A stretch of 64,000 nt of DNA from Pelomyxa schiedti (GCA_020536535.1 JAHLWZ010000291.1:1-64000), one strand, 5' to 3'; positions 22,731-35,352 are shown, numbered from the stretch's first letter. Program-made: numbers and translations. The notes: generated by a model not told the origin, from the sequence alone.

Positions 22731-24083
22731 ATGTGGTATTACCGGTACATTGGCGAAGTGGGGCTGGACAACTTGAAGAGATACAGGTACCGCGGTGCGG
22801 ATCTCAGCATATCCGCGCGGCTTTTTCTCACGCGGTTCTGGACCTGGACCACGTTTACGCTCGTTCCCATGTGGCTCGCGCCCAACGTGATCACTCTGTT
22901 TGGTGGCTGCTGCGTCGCGACGTGCGTCGCGCTCTGCGCTTATTTCTCGCCCACGATGACCGAGAAAGTGCCGGCCGCGGCGATCGCGGCGTGCGCCGTG
23001 CTGATCTACACGTACCAGCTCGCGGACAACGTCGACGGGAAGCAGGCCAAGCGCACCGGCGCGGGATCGCCTCTGGGCGAGCTGTTTGACCACGGCGTCG
23101 ACTCCTTGGTTATGGGAATGATGGGTGTCATGCTACTTGCCGTGGTCAACGCCCCGCTGCCTCTTGTATGTTGTTGACATACGAATTTTTAATTTTTTTC
23201 TTTCTCTCTAAGAAGGTGGCCTTTTTTTTTTTTTGTAACAGTTTTTTTTGTTTGTCAGGCTGTGGCTGGTTTTATTTCCTCTTTAATACCGTTTTGGCTT
23301 GCTCACTGGGAAGAGTACCATGCTGGGGAGTTAATAATGGGGGCCTTTACTGGGCCCACTGAAATGCAACACATGTTCGTCTTTGGACTGGTTTGAAGTT
23401 TCTTATAATTTTTTTATGCCTAACCCTTACAAGATTTTTACAATGATAGTGGGACCTGAATTTTGGGCAGCACCCATGTCTCAAAGTATTGATATCCCGA
23501 GATTACACTTTGGGCTGGTTTTTGTCATTTCCATTTGTCTACTCATTTCTGGAATTAGTGTTTTCAATGTATGACACTTTACTTCAGCATTACCTCTTTT
23601 TTTTTTCTGAGCCATGAAACAAATTAGGTCATTGTAATGGTCAATAATGGAAAAGCTGAGTCTAAAGCAACAATGGGAAAAGCTTTTTCTCAGCTGTGTT
23701 CCATCATCGTGTTTGTTACACTGTCTTGCATATTTACCCTGTTGCCATCAGTAACGCCAACACTGCATAGCCATCCCTATGCCTACTTCCTCACACTCAT
23801 AGCCATCTTTGGCTATATCACACAGCGTTTGATAGTTCAGCGCATCTGTCATGAGGAAATACGTCACTTCTATGGCATATACATCCCATTTGCCATTGCT
23901 GCCACCCACACTGCCATCAGCAGCCTCCTTGGCCATGAGGTGTTTGTGTCCAATTCCACAGTTATGTGGACAATCCTCACCTTTAGCCTCCTTCAGGAGT
24001 TAGTGTTTTGCTACAGCATAATCAACCAACTTACCACACACCTCAAAATCCGTGCTTTCATCTTACCCCAAAAACGCCTCTGA
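22731..24083 (+). CDS. Choline/ethanolamine phosphotransferase (CDP-alcohol phosphatidyltransferase)
   Basis: LKRYRYRGADLS, WLAPNVIT, DNVDGKQAKRTGAGSPLGELFDHGVD; multiple TM segments. Confidence 0.93.
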
Positions 24084-24232
24084 ATAAACAATAAAACAAG
24101 CCACAAATAAAGAGGAAACCACACTTCACACTTTTTTTTTGTGGGGAAGAAACACACTCTTGACCCCACCACACAACAGCAGCACAAAAAACAAAAAAAA
24201 AAGGGGGGGGAGGGAAGGGGGAAGGAGAGCAA

Positions 24233-24303
24233 TGCCCACTCTCGGCTTCGAACCGAGGTCGCCCGCATAAAATTCCGTCACACTACCGCTAGGCCAAGTG
24301 GGC
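24233..24303 (-). tRNA. tRNA-like gene with perfect acceptor and T stems but a degenerate D/anticodon arm
   Basis: The minus strand reads GCCCACT-TGGCCTAGCGGTAGTGTG-ACGGAATTTTATGCGG-GCGAC-CTCGG/TTCGAAG/CCGAG-AGTGGGC-A, with a T-run about 30 nt downstream. Confidence 0.72.
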
Positions 24304-24566
24304 ACGCCCAAGGCTAAGGGGTCATCACACCGGGGGTGGGTCACTGACCTACTTCTGCTTCTGGCCTAATTGACACGGGGTGTCTTGTAACAAAAAAGAG
24401 GCCTTGAAAAACAAAACCCTCGTTTGTGTGCTATTTGTATTTTTCTTTTGTACTGATTTATGTTTTTTGTGTTCGGTGTTTCATTACCAAGGGGCCAAGA
24501 CGTTGTGAAGTTGCTGTAAAAGGACGGTCTTTTTGTATTTAGGATTTGGTTCGAAATAGAACTCCG

Positions 24567-27500
24567 TCATGGCGTACCTGGCGCAACCGTAGGTGAGCGT
24601 TTTGATGTGCAGTGGTACTTGGTGCCTCTCTTCTGATGGTAAGACAAATTATAAGCTTTGTGATATTTACCTTGTAGCCTGTTCAATATTATTTTGTCAA
24701 TACTTTCTGCTCCATGGCGAGCCTGGCTGGATTCATTTACATGACCCGTACTTGCAGTCAATATAGCCACTTGTCGGGCAGTGTGACTGGCATCAGTTTG
24801 TTGAACATTTGAAGTTGGAGGTGATGGGGATGGTATTACTGAAGCCATGGGACCTAGCTCCTCCTCAGGGAGCTCTTTACCTAAAAATGCCTGACAGCCA
24901 TCAATACGAGAGTCTTGCAGTATATAGTGCGCGAGATTCAAAGCTTGCACTAGATGGGACTTGGGGTATGGTTTGGGATGCTGATAGTGCAAAATATAGC
25001 ACATTTCATGAAAGGTGCAGGCATTAAATGCATCAATAAGACGGAAAGGAACACCAAGGGAGTTGGGAAGCAGCCAAATTACGGCCTGTAACTCTCTCAG
25101 AATGTAAAGGAAACGGTCAGCATCCTGAATATGAACTGGGCAAAGGAGGGTCTGATAGACGGTACTCTGTGTCCAATATGCAGCAGCAATTACACAACCC
25201 AAAAGGCCTTGTGCCGAGCATGCAGTAATGCTATCACCAAGAAGTTTTATTGCTATAAGTGCCATTGCGACCTTCCGGCCAGACGGCATTTGAAGCAGGC
25301 TTGTAACGACGTTGACCAAGGAATCTAGTCCGATTTGCTGTAGTAACTCATTCCATCCATGAATTTCAGGGGCGGCCGCCACATATAGATCTTTTGTCCA
25401 ATACCGTGCATCTTTAATTGTGAGTACTTAGCCACAGCACTTGAAAACTTACCATGACAATCCACGAAATGCTCACGAACCTTCTGGTTATCAGCTACTT
25501 TAAGAAGGCTGGCAACCAATTCATGGAGGCGGTTCTGGCCAATAGCTGGGGGAAGGGAAATCGGAGACATTGACGTTGTTGACGTGGACGTGGACGTGGA
25601 CGTGGACGTGGACGGAGCTGTGAACACTGTTGTGCTGGTTGGTGTCACTGGGTGGACTGTGACTGTTGGTTTTGGTGATGTGCCACTCAGGTCACCAACA
25701 GAGAGAGGCGAAATCAGTGAGTTTGATGCAGGCCTGGGTGTTTGGCTTGGCTGGGATGAAACTGAAAGTGATGAAGGTGGTGATAGAGATTTCTGTGGCA
25801 CCTCAAACAGAGGAACATGGTAAACATGACCCAAGATCAAATTCATTAGTAAAGGTGGTGCATTGTCTTCTAAAAATATGCGTTCCACCAAAGGGGATAT
25901 CGGCTGCGCTGGCTTGTATTTCGCCCGGCACGCACTTGGAGTGATCGGGAAATGCTTAAGTATTGCGGCATCTATTCCCGCTAAAAGTTTTTCAAACAAA
26001 GGATCAGAGCAACGCTCTTCAAAGTTCTCAATGAAGCCCAGGGTGGGAGTAGAGTTCATGGAGTTCAATTCTACTTTACTCCGCGTTTGATTTATGATGT
26101 CGCGAAGTGCCATCAAGCCTAGGCTATTCGGTTGATAAGAACCATCCCCTTCAAGAAGGCCCAAGAGGGGTAACTTCTCTGATTGAAGATTCAATTTTTC
26201 ACAGACTGAGTTTAACAGAGGGGGAAAATAACGGGATGATATTGAATGACACTACTCCGTAGCTCCCTGTTTCTGAGCATATGCCTGCTGCTTCTTGATG
26301 CGCCAGTCTGGAAGCAAAATAAACCTTATGGATATGAGATCATCAACATCTTCCACCATGAAGGCGTTGATATACCTGTAAGCCCGCCTCCTGAAAAACC
26401 TCGAATAGAATTTGCCATTCTACTGGATGCCTTATCTGGACATTCGCGGGGAGCACCGTCTGAGAGTGAGCGATATTACAGTGGGCACACAAATTACTGG
26501 TCTTTGAGGCAGACCCTGAGGAAGCCGCCTCTGCTTTTTGAGGCTGTACTGGAGTTTTAGGTGGAGATTGATTGAGAGGCAGGGCCAGTTGAGGAATATC
26601 AGGATGGTGGATATTTTTGGGAAGAGTAGGTTTGCATTGGTCCCAAATAAGTACATTTCCACCTTTGGCGGCTGGTGATATTGTATGCAATACACCTGTC
26701 TGCAGGAAGTTATATGCACAAGCGTGTTTCTGAGCTAGTAATTTGGCCTTGAGTTTCCATTCCCATGAGCACTCAGGGTCCTCATATCCACCAGGGAGAA
26801 CAATAATTAGGGCAAACCCAAAAGCGTGATACCCATTGACCCAGCGTATGCAACTTTTCCTCAGGTGTGATAAGTCTCTGGGAAGTTGAGGAGGTCCACA
26901 AGAATACAGATGCCGTGGTAGATCAGTGGCATCGACGACTAACGTGCCGCGGTATTCTGTCGTTGGTTGGTAGCTTTCGATTTTTGCAAGTTCGTTTATA
27001 TCCGTTTGAATGGGATCGCCTGGGTCAAAGTTAGAGGGTGTCTAGACTACTACAGATTTTGTTCTATTGTTTTACGTGCTAAATTGGTGGGGTTGTGGTG
27101 CGCTTGCTATGACGCGAGATGTATTAACCACGCGTTTTTACTTGTTTTCGTCGGTGGGAGAGGGTGTGAACCATTAACGCGTCGAAAAGCGTTCATCTTG
27201 GCCGGCGAAAAGACTAGGAAAGTGTCGAGGAGAGTACACTTGCAGGGGTATTTTGCAGTTGAATTTTCATGCCTTCGACTCAGTGGATTTGGTATCCCAC
27301 AGTCCAGCATCTGAACCTCTGAGTGACAGATTGTACTTACACATCAAGGGAAATGGGACTCCCAGTCCCATATAACAATCAATTGATGACATCCTTGGTT
27401 GATTTCCGATAAAAAATCGTAGCCAGAGTCCATACGGAAAAACGAAGTGCTGTGATTTTTCCCCACGACACAAAACTGCACTCAATCGAGCCATGTGACA

Positions 27501-27605
27501 TAATATTTCCCCCATACCACCGGCAAGGACGGTTCCAGACTCATAAAGTTTCCGTGCCAATGCCATACTGCGTGAGTTGCACATAAACCCTTTCAGAGGG
27601 CACAC
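24567..27605 (-). CDS. Large hypothetical protein (multi-exon, 5' end uncertain) containing an S/T/P-rich segment shared with the neighbouring VPS9 gene
   Basis: Long open frames at 27043-26343, 26194-25325 and 25382-24567. The last two join in phase through a 41-nt GTAAGT..AAG intron (25452-25412). No domain recognised. Confidence 0.55.
25563..25781 (-). repeat. Inverted copy of 28515-28715
   Basis: A 76-bp identical core (25619-25694 vs 28602-28677) with diverged flanks and an extra (GACGTG)n expansion. Confidence 0.95.
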
Positions 27606-28114
27606 TGCGAGTGAAAGTGCTATCCTGCTATCCTGCTAAGAAGAGCAGCAACGACCTTCCGTAAGAGGGGTCAAGATGCCAGTTAGTTCAATACTTCAAC
27701 AGCCTCTCCCCAATCTTCACTCATTTCAATATTTGTTTTCAGTTGTTTAGTTCGCCAGAACGATTCACAGAGGGTTCCATGTCCCAGTGAAAAAATATGA
27801 ACGTAGGAACAACCGAAAAGTGGTGTCACTGTGTCCTCTTCGGCTGGTGACCGCCCCGATTCGGACCAAGAGACGACGGACAACACTGTTTACGTCTCGA
27901 TTTCAGCATGACCTGTCATGGAGATCTACGGCCATAGTTGTCGTATTGGGTGTCAACCGCGCATAATTTGGGGGTAGCCGGGGGGGCGTGTGTCGACAAT
28001 ATTGGGTTTTATTTCGTGTCTAAAATGCAACTAACTTTTCCAGTGCGAATTTTTTTATTTTTTTTTCTCTCTTCTGCAACTGACGCGTTCAGTGATCAGT
28101 ACCGCGAAAACGGA

Positions 28115-31100
28115 ATGTCGACATCACACAAGTGGACTGTGAAAAAACTCACCAAACCATGCCACTGCTCCCACTGCAAACAATTCAATTGGTTAGTTTG
28201 TTGCACCAAAAAAAAATAGAAACAAATAACCTGGTTGTGCTTGACAACCACAGGGGAAGGAATCAATTCCTGTGTAAAGTTTGTGGGAGAACATGCCATG
28301 AAAAGTGTGCTGCAGAAATTGATGCCCAGAAAATTCCCTGCACCGCAGCCGATGTTTGTCTCCTCCCCATAACACGCGATCCCAAAACACCCACCTAATA
28401 TATTGTTATTTGTTGCTAATGTGAGGATACAAAGGCCTCTAGTCACGGTGCTCTAGAACGCACTTCATCGCTCTCTTCAATTCCCAGTACTACACACAGG
28501 TCACCCACGCCACCACCTCCATCATCACTTTCAATTTCATCCCCGCCAAGCAAGACACCCAGGCCTGCATCAACCTCAATGATTTCGCCACTCTTTGTTG
28601 ATGACCTGAGTGGCACATCACCAAAACCAACAGTCACAGTCCACCCAGTGACACCAACCAGCACAACAGTGTTCACATCTCCGTCCACGTCAACAACAAT
28701 AAGGCCAATGTCTCCAACACCCCAGCCTTCCACCTGTTCTGCTGAAACCACACCATCTGCACCTCCATGTGCCCCAACTGTTCAGGTTGGTGACATGGGA
28801 ATGCCAATCGCAGAGGGAATTTTTTCTGCCTTACCTGTTCGTGCAGCAGCTTTTCAAAGTGGTAGAGTCCGGCTTACCCCTTCTACTCCAAGTGCTGAAT
28901 TTGCACACCCTTTTGCACAGCGTCCTAAGGTGTGTGCTTGGCTCATGAGTGGAGCTTCAGGGTTGACTCGTATTCCAACTGAGCAACTTGTAATTACGGC
29001 ATCAGGTTTGAACATTGGCTTTGTTGTGATGACACTAAGTGTGTGAAGGTTTCAAAATCACATCTGTGACAGCCAACTGCGCGGTGAATTGGATTGCTTA
29101 CCTTCCCCCTGCCACAAACCCGTTTCTAAGTGATACCATCAAGTTCATTTTAGCCACTCCAGGTCTGACCCCACCTTTACTCCAAAAAGCAGAGAAATGC
29201 ATTGAGGTAACTGTAAACCATTGATTTTTTTTTTCACATATCGCGTTTTAGGCATGTACCGTCAATGGAGCTGCTTCTGATGGGCAAACCCTTCTCCATG
29301 CGGCAGCCTATTCAGGGCATCTTCCCTTGGTAAACTGGCTTCTTAAGAAAAATGGTATCAATTTGGATGTGCAGGTCTTTTCTAGCTCTTGATGGCCTTA
29401 AATAATTTAAAATTAGGATGAGAGGGGCTGGACACCCTTGATGTAAGTACATTTGTATTGATTAACCCTTACATTCCAGCGTAAACTCAAAGGTGTGCTG
29501 TACATCCTGGGCACTTTGGAGTTGCGTTGCGGCTTCTATCACAGGGTGCTAGTACAGATATCATCAATAATAGAAAGCACACAGCACTGCATTTACTTGC
29601 AAGAAGCTATACACAAGAAAAAACCAGCGATGAGGTACTGCATCAGTATTAACATAAAATCTCCACCTGACTCAGTGAGGTTGTGCGAATTCTACTTGGG
29701 CCTGGGAATGATCCAAACCTAACAAGTGAAACTGGTGAAACTAGTCTCATGATTGCCTGTAGTGGTGCTTTCAACCCCCAATTTGTCACTATGCTATTAG
29801 ATGCAAAGGCTGACCCAAGTTTGTGCCTTTCCCTCTAAATTGTAATATAATCCTTTACAACAAGATATTCCCGATCTGCATGGAGCAACACCACTATATA
29901 AAGCTACTACAGCAAATAATATCTGCCTTGCTGAACTTCTTCTAAAGTGACTTTTATTTTCTATCTCCATTATTTATGTTATCCTAGATATGGTGCAGAC
30001 CCAAATAAAGGTCCCGAAGGAGATACACCTTTTGACCGAGCCCAGGCAAGTGGTAATGTACTTTTCATTGAACTGCTTGAGAGAGCAGTGGCACAACAAC
30101 AACTTCGAGAAGCAGCCAAAGTTGACTGTCTCTTAATGGGATCACAATTAATCTAGTGCAGGCGCAACCCATGACACTCAGAAATAAATTATTTTCTAGC
30201 TGGAAAAAAAATACAGCCGACTTGGGAAAAGCTATACAAGTTGTAGGTACGGCTAAGCCGGAAAGGAACCCTTCAGGTTCCCAACAAGTTGATTTTGCCT
30301 CGGCATTGGAAAAAAGTGAATGCAAAGAACTACGAAATATGGTGGACACATACACCAAAGCTTTTGCCAAAAATAAATATTCACAAGAGGAAGAAGCAGA
30401 AGCTTTCGGGCAGTTTTTCACGAACATGGAGGTAAAAATACAATATGAAAACTTCAAAACCAACTCCTTCTAGGAGGCCATGAAAGTACATCCACTGTGG
30501 ATGAATCTGCAGGTACAAGTACTTTCCCTCACAAAGTTCATCACAACCGATAGCCGGACCAATTTGATGTGGCACAAGAAGGAATGAGAAAAGTGATCTT
30601 CACGAAAATGTACAACCAGTTGTTCAATAAAAAAGAACTGGCAGCAAAGGACTCTATCCTCTGCAAACATATTTCCAGCTTGAGCTCACTTGTTATTCCT
30701 CAAAATATGCACCTACGAGAAGATTTGGACATGGAATTAATAAGAGCAGCTGAGAGAAACCTTCAGGTTTTTATTTCTGTTCTTATGTTGGAGAAAATCG
30801 GGGAATAGGAGATGGATAATGGTGTAACACCCGAAGAGAAACTGAAGAGCATTTTGAATTGCTGTAAAATACTTGTGAATATTTTACAATCATTTGGCTC
30901 AGCAACTGGTGCGGATGACTTCTTGCCTTTGTTTATGTATGTCTCCCTGTTTTTTTCCACCTTCACACTTCCTCTCTAAACCCACCAAAGATATACAGTG
31001 ATGAGGTCTAATCTACCACATCTATACTCCAACCTGGATTTCATTGAGTACTTCAAGGATGAGAAGAGGAAAAACACTGAAGCTATTTGCTTCTACACCC

Positions 31101-31321
31101 ACCTGTGCTGTGCCGCTGCATACATAGAAACCGATGTAACAGAGGAGTACCTTCTTGCCAATGGAGTGGCAGCCTGTGGTGCTCCCCCTACTGTCACCTT
31201 TGATGCCCCTCTGCCTCCTTGCAATGCACCGGCTCCTCCTGGAGTATCTAGTATTCCCCCGGCCACATTCTCGTCAAGTACCCCAACGACTGATTCTGCC
31301 TTCCACCCCAATGGAAACTAA
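28115..31321 (+). CDS. Rab5-family GEF: C1 domain + H-type-lectin-like module + ankyrin repeats + VPS9 domain
   Basis: C1: HKWTVKKLTKPCHCSHC..CKVCGRTCHEKC. ANK: GQTLLHAAAYSGHLPLVNWLL, GWTPL, GETSLMIAC, GDTPFD. VPS9: TPEEKL..GADDFLP..SNLPHLYSNLDFIEYF. Confidence 0.88.
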
Positions 31322-31468
31322 GCAAAGACCTGTAGAGAATGAGACCCTGAGTAGCAACAGCAGTTCAACGCTACTGGGCACAAATACCGCAAACAATACT
31401 ACTGGCTTGTAATTGGTGATACAGAAAGAAAGGAATATGACTGTTGGAATAGTATACTGTTTAAGTGC

Positions 31469-34400
31469 TTATAGGAGACAAGGGGGTGCATCACCAAGCA
31501 CCGAACTAGAGCAGTAATCCTTGAGATAGCCTTTAGGTGACCTGAGTGATGTTTCTGGTGTGAATTCAAATGGTTCTGCTGATTGTGTGGATTCGTTCTT
31601 GTGCAGTAGCCACAGCTCCCCTAATCTTCCAGCATCCACGACGAAACCACCACGCCAAACGTAGTCAATGTCATATGGCTCCACAATCCTAGCAGGATAT
31701 TAGCATTTAGTGAATGGTGCACGTGCAGGACACAATTTTAGCGGTATCATTCCCTTCCACTCAGTATCTGAATGTGTAGTACGGCAGAAGGTAATTGACT
31801 CAGACACTGGAGCCATAGGCTCTTTCTCTATTGCGGTCTTACTGCCACGAAAACTTACAGCAGTTACTGGCGTGCTTCCTCCCTCTGAGGTTTTCAAGTT
31901 AGTTTTTTCAAGGTGTTCATACTCGGTTATTGTAGTGATACCGACGTGGAGGGTGATGTGTGTTCCCAACGCAGTAAACTCGAACATGGTCCTCACTTCC
32001 ACAGAAACAACGTGCACCGACACCATTGAAGAGGAGGAAAAAAGGTGAGGAATCAAAGGAGTCTCTTCTCACACTAGTGATTTGAGAATGGCGTGTGGGT
32101 CGATGAGTGGTGGGAGGTCGTGGGAGGAGGATGAAGGTTGGAATGTGTAGAAAGATGTGAATTGCTTGGAGAACGGCCGGTCTTGTTTGTTGGGGCTGCT
32201 GCTGAGTTTGTTGATAAACTGAATCACAATCTGTTCACGTGGCCCCTGAGGGTTCCACTTTCTGTGGGTGGTTAGCTTACGGTAGTGTGTGCAAAGAATG
32301 GGAGCATACATATCACGGAAGGAAGAAATTATGTAACAAGTGATTCTAGGGGTGAGTGCAGGAAACCAAGTTTCCAGTGGAACATCAGGTAGCAACAATT
32401 TATCCGATAATAGAAGTTTTGCTGTGTCACACAGACCACGGATCATGTCTCTAAAATGTTAGATTTCAGTCAGAAGTTGATAAATCAAATAATTGTGAGG
32501 GATACTGGGCAACTGGGCACAAGTTCGAAGACCATTCCGATAGGGGTCTAACTCCTAACTTCATATGACTCCCGCACGTTACTGAACCTGGAGGGCATGA
32601 GTCGGAGTTTTATTAGTTAGAACCTTACAGAAATTAGGGTTGGAGAATATGTTGTTCATGACCACAGCGTTGATGTAGTAGAAAATTTGTCTTATAAGTT
32701 GATGTGCAAGGTAGGCTGGCATTTTACACTTGTCTGTATTTTGCAGTGTAGTGTTTAAGGTACTTAGTAACACGTTAATAGCGGCAGTTTGCATCAATTC
32801 CGTTGCCCTTAATATTGTTGCTTGAGATTACAGTAACCAAGAACTAACTTACTGCAAAGTCGTGTTCCTCTCAAAATCTGCAATACTTGGCAAAAACGCT
32901 CTTACAGCAGCATCTTCAATGCTCTAAGGTGAATTAAGCTTCAACCTCAACCATATAAGATACCTTATAAATAAGTTTTAGCAAGGTATCATACAATTTC
33001 ACCAACCTCTCACAGAGTGAGTGTTGGAATTTATCTATTGGGGAGGTAGCTTCAGCATTGAAATTTAATAGATCCTTATGAGGAGTTACAAAGGAGAGAG
33101 AGGAAAAAGGAAGAAATATTACGTGGTTGATGAATATTTGCCCTGGAAGGGGACGGGAGTGAGAGTGCCTTTGTTCGCTCACGAATTTCAATAACCATAG
33201 GGTAGTGACAATTAACAGCGTCAAGCGTTCCCCATCTTTGCTGACCAACTGGTTTTGAAGAGGAACCTTTATTTACTTTTTTGTTGTTTTCTCTAGAATA
33301 TAGATTCTATCAAGTTGGGGATGTACTTCTGATATGTCTTCCAAGGCTCTTATTATCTCCGAAAGAAATTGTTCGTTACGGCTGTCATCACAGAACCCTC
33401 CACACTCAATAATTTTAGTACAAATAACCTGCACTGCGGAAGGCGTTCCTTGCTGTCATCGATTACAAACCAGTAAGGATAAACAGGAATGTACAGTTGT
33501 GAACCAGCAATCGGGAGGTTGATATGAATATAAACTAGCAATGAGAGCTTGTTGACTCTCGTAGAGAGAGGACAGTAGGGTCTTTTTGGGATTGGCCTCC
33601 AGAGAAGTTAATTTAGAATTTAAATTGCTAGCATTTCAACCTGTGGTTTATGTGTGTGTAACTGTGTGGAGATAAGACTGTTGGCGTGCATCCGTTCCTA
33701 GTGATTGTAAGTGTCGTCTATTGAGAGTAAATATTTTTGCCTTGGGTGGAGAAGTTTCAAGCTTTTCAGTTGGAACTATTTTCGAGTTATCTACATAAAG
33801 TGGTTTCTGCTTATGGTGAAATATTGATATGCTAAATGGAACCGCCATACATGAGAAAAAGTACTGGGTGTGCGTGGGTGCTGTTCTTGTGGAGGTGATG
33901 TTGATAAATGTGGTAGTGGTGGAGACACAGATAAAGTAGGTGGTGGGGATGAGGAAAGTGGCTTTTGTCTATGAGAGCGACGATGGATGGCTGAGAGCTG
34001 TTCTCGAAGGTGGACAATTTCTGTTTGTGCCTCACGTACCCGGAACTCGAGAAATCTTTCTATTTGCCTTGACTGAAAATGTGAGTTGAAAAACCAAGGA
34101 ATTGTAATATATTTGGAAAAAAGGGCAATTGGCATACACGAGTGAGTTTTTCAGTGAGATCTTGAACCTAACGAGATTTAATTCACACAAGTTGAATAAA
34201 TAAAGAGACAGACCGTTTTTTGATAGTGAGTTTCATTTTTTCGAAGTTGCTCCACTTCTTGCTGGAGTGTGGCAACAGCCTACATCAGTGTTAAATGAGG
34301 CCAAGACTGAAACGCAACATCAATCTCTGTGATAATTTTCTCTGGAGTGCTATCGTCATCAGATTCCTGAGGTGTAAACAAGTCAGACGAGAATGGTAAT

Positions 34401-35352
34401 ACTGAGAACTACCTCTTCTTCCACTTCTTGTTCGGATTCACTTTCCCAGAAAGGATTTCTGCATATTGTATTATGATTTTTTTCAAATACTCTAGATTAG
34501 AAACCTGTCTATCTCCACTGTGTGTTGTACCAAAATCTATTCTATGGTAACAAGGAAGAAGGTTTAGGAAAATATACCAGCAGCTCAGCCACAAGTTTTC
34601 TTTTTTTCAGCAGTCCAATTGTCACTTGTGATTGATTGGGTAACGTGGCAAAAGAAGCCAAATTAACAATCGCAGAACCTAGAACAGTGCTTGGGCTCCC
34701 TGAAACACCCATTTGCTCAAGAGAGAGAACTAAATTTTTGATGTGGTACAAAGAAGCACTTGAGGGCTCAGTTGAATTGGGAGCTGAAGTGCAGCTGGGA
34801 ATGGAGTGCAGAGAACAACTTTCGCTGGATCTTGTATCTTCTTCAGTGGGAAGGTTGTTCGCCAGAGGATGTGTTTGGGAATGTTCCATTGCCTTGGAAT
34901 GAAGGTGTGATTGGAGGTTCAAATGCGGGTTGTGAGGTGGAGCAGAAGACGAGAGAGACATAAAATTATCAGAGGCCACAATGGAGTCAGTGACTGAGAG
35001 ATGTGGGTTGCCGGTTAGCAGTGGAATTTGGCTTGGCGCTGAATTCGAAGATTGAGTGGAAACCAAAGTGCAAATGACCCTAAAGGTTTCATCAAGCAGC
35101 ACAGAACCTGAAGCGTCTATCAAAAACGTTCTGGATTTGCCATTTCCATGCTCCTATCACCGAAAAAATGAGTGAGTCTAGTCGCGCTCCAAAAAGAAGA
35201 TGGCTTACAGCGCCATTTTCGCGAACATGAGTTCTCCAGGAGATTGTCGCCTGGCTGTCACCGATTTTTGTCTCATTCGACAAACTCAGCTTCATCAAAC
35301 TGAGCAAAAACGTAGCCGAGTGCCGCATCTCTTCCGCACACGAAGACTGCAT
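31469..35352 (-). CDS. NT-C2 plus Dilute (DIL) domain protein with an unassigned beta-rich C-terminus
   Basis: NT-C2-like: ATFLLSL..ISWR..VLLDETFRVICTL..VLGSAIVNLASFA. DIL-like: HQLIRQIFYYINAVVMNNIFSNPNFC..LSEW..LLLSDK..FPALTP. Confidence 0.7.

Noticed and set aside
24233-24303. Reading the tRNA-like loop as a TTA ochre suppressor or Lys-TTT, implying an alternative genetic code
   Set aside because: The anticodon stem is poorly paired with a 6-nt loop. TAA, TAG and TGA all appear as ordinary terminal stops in this window, and internal stops are explained by introns.
25563-28715. Inverted repeats as transposon TIRs
   Set aside because: Both copies lie inside coding exons in frame, and no target-site duplication or transposase motif was found between them.
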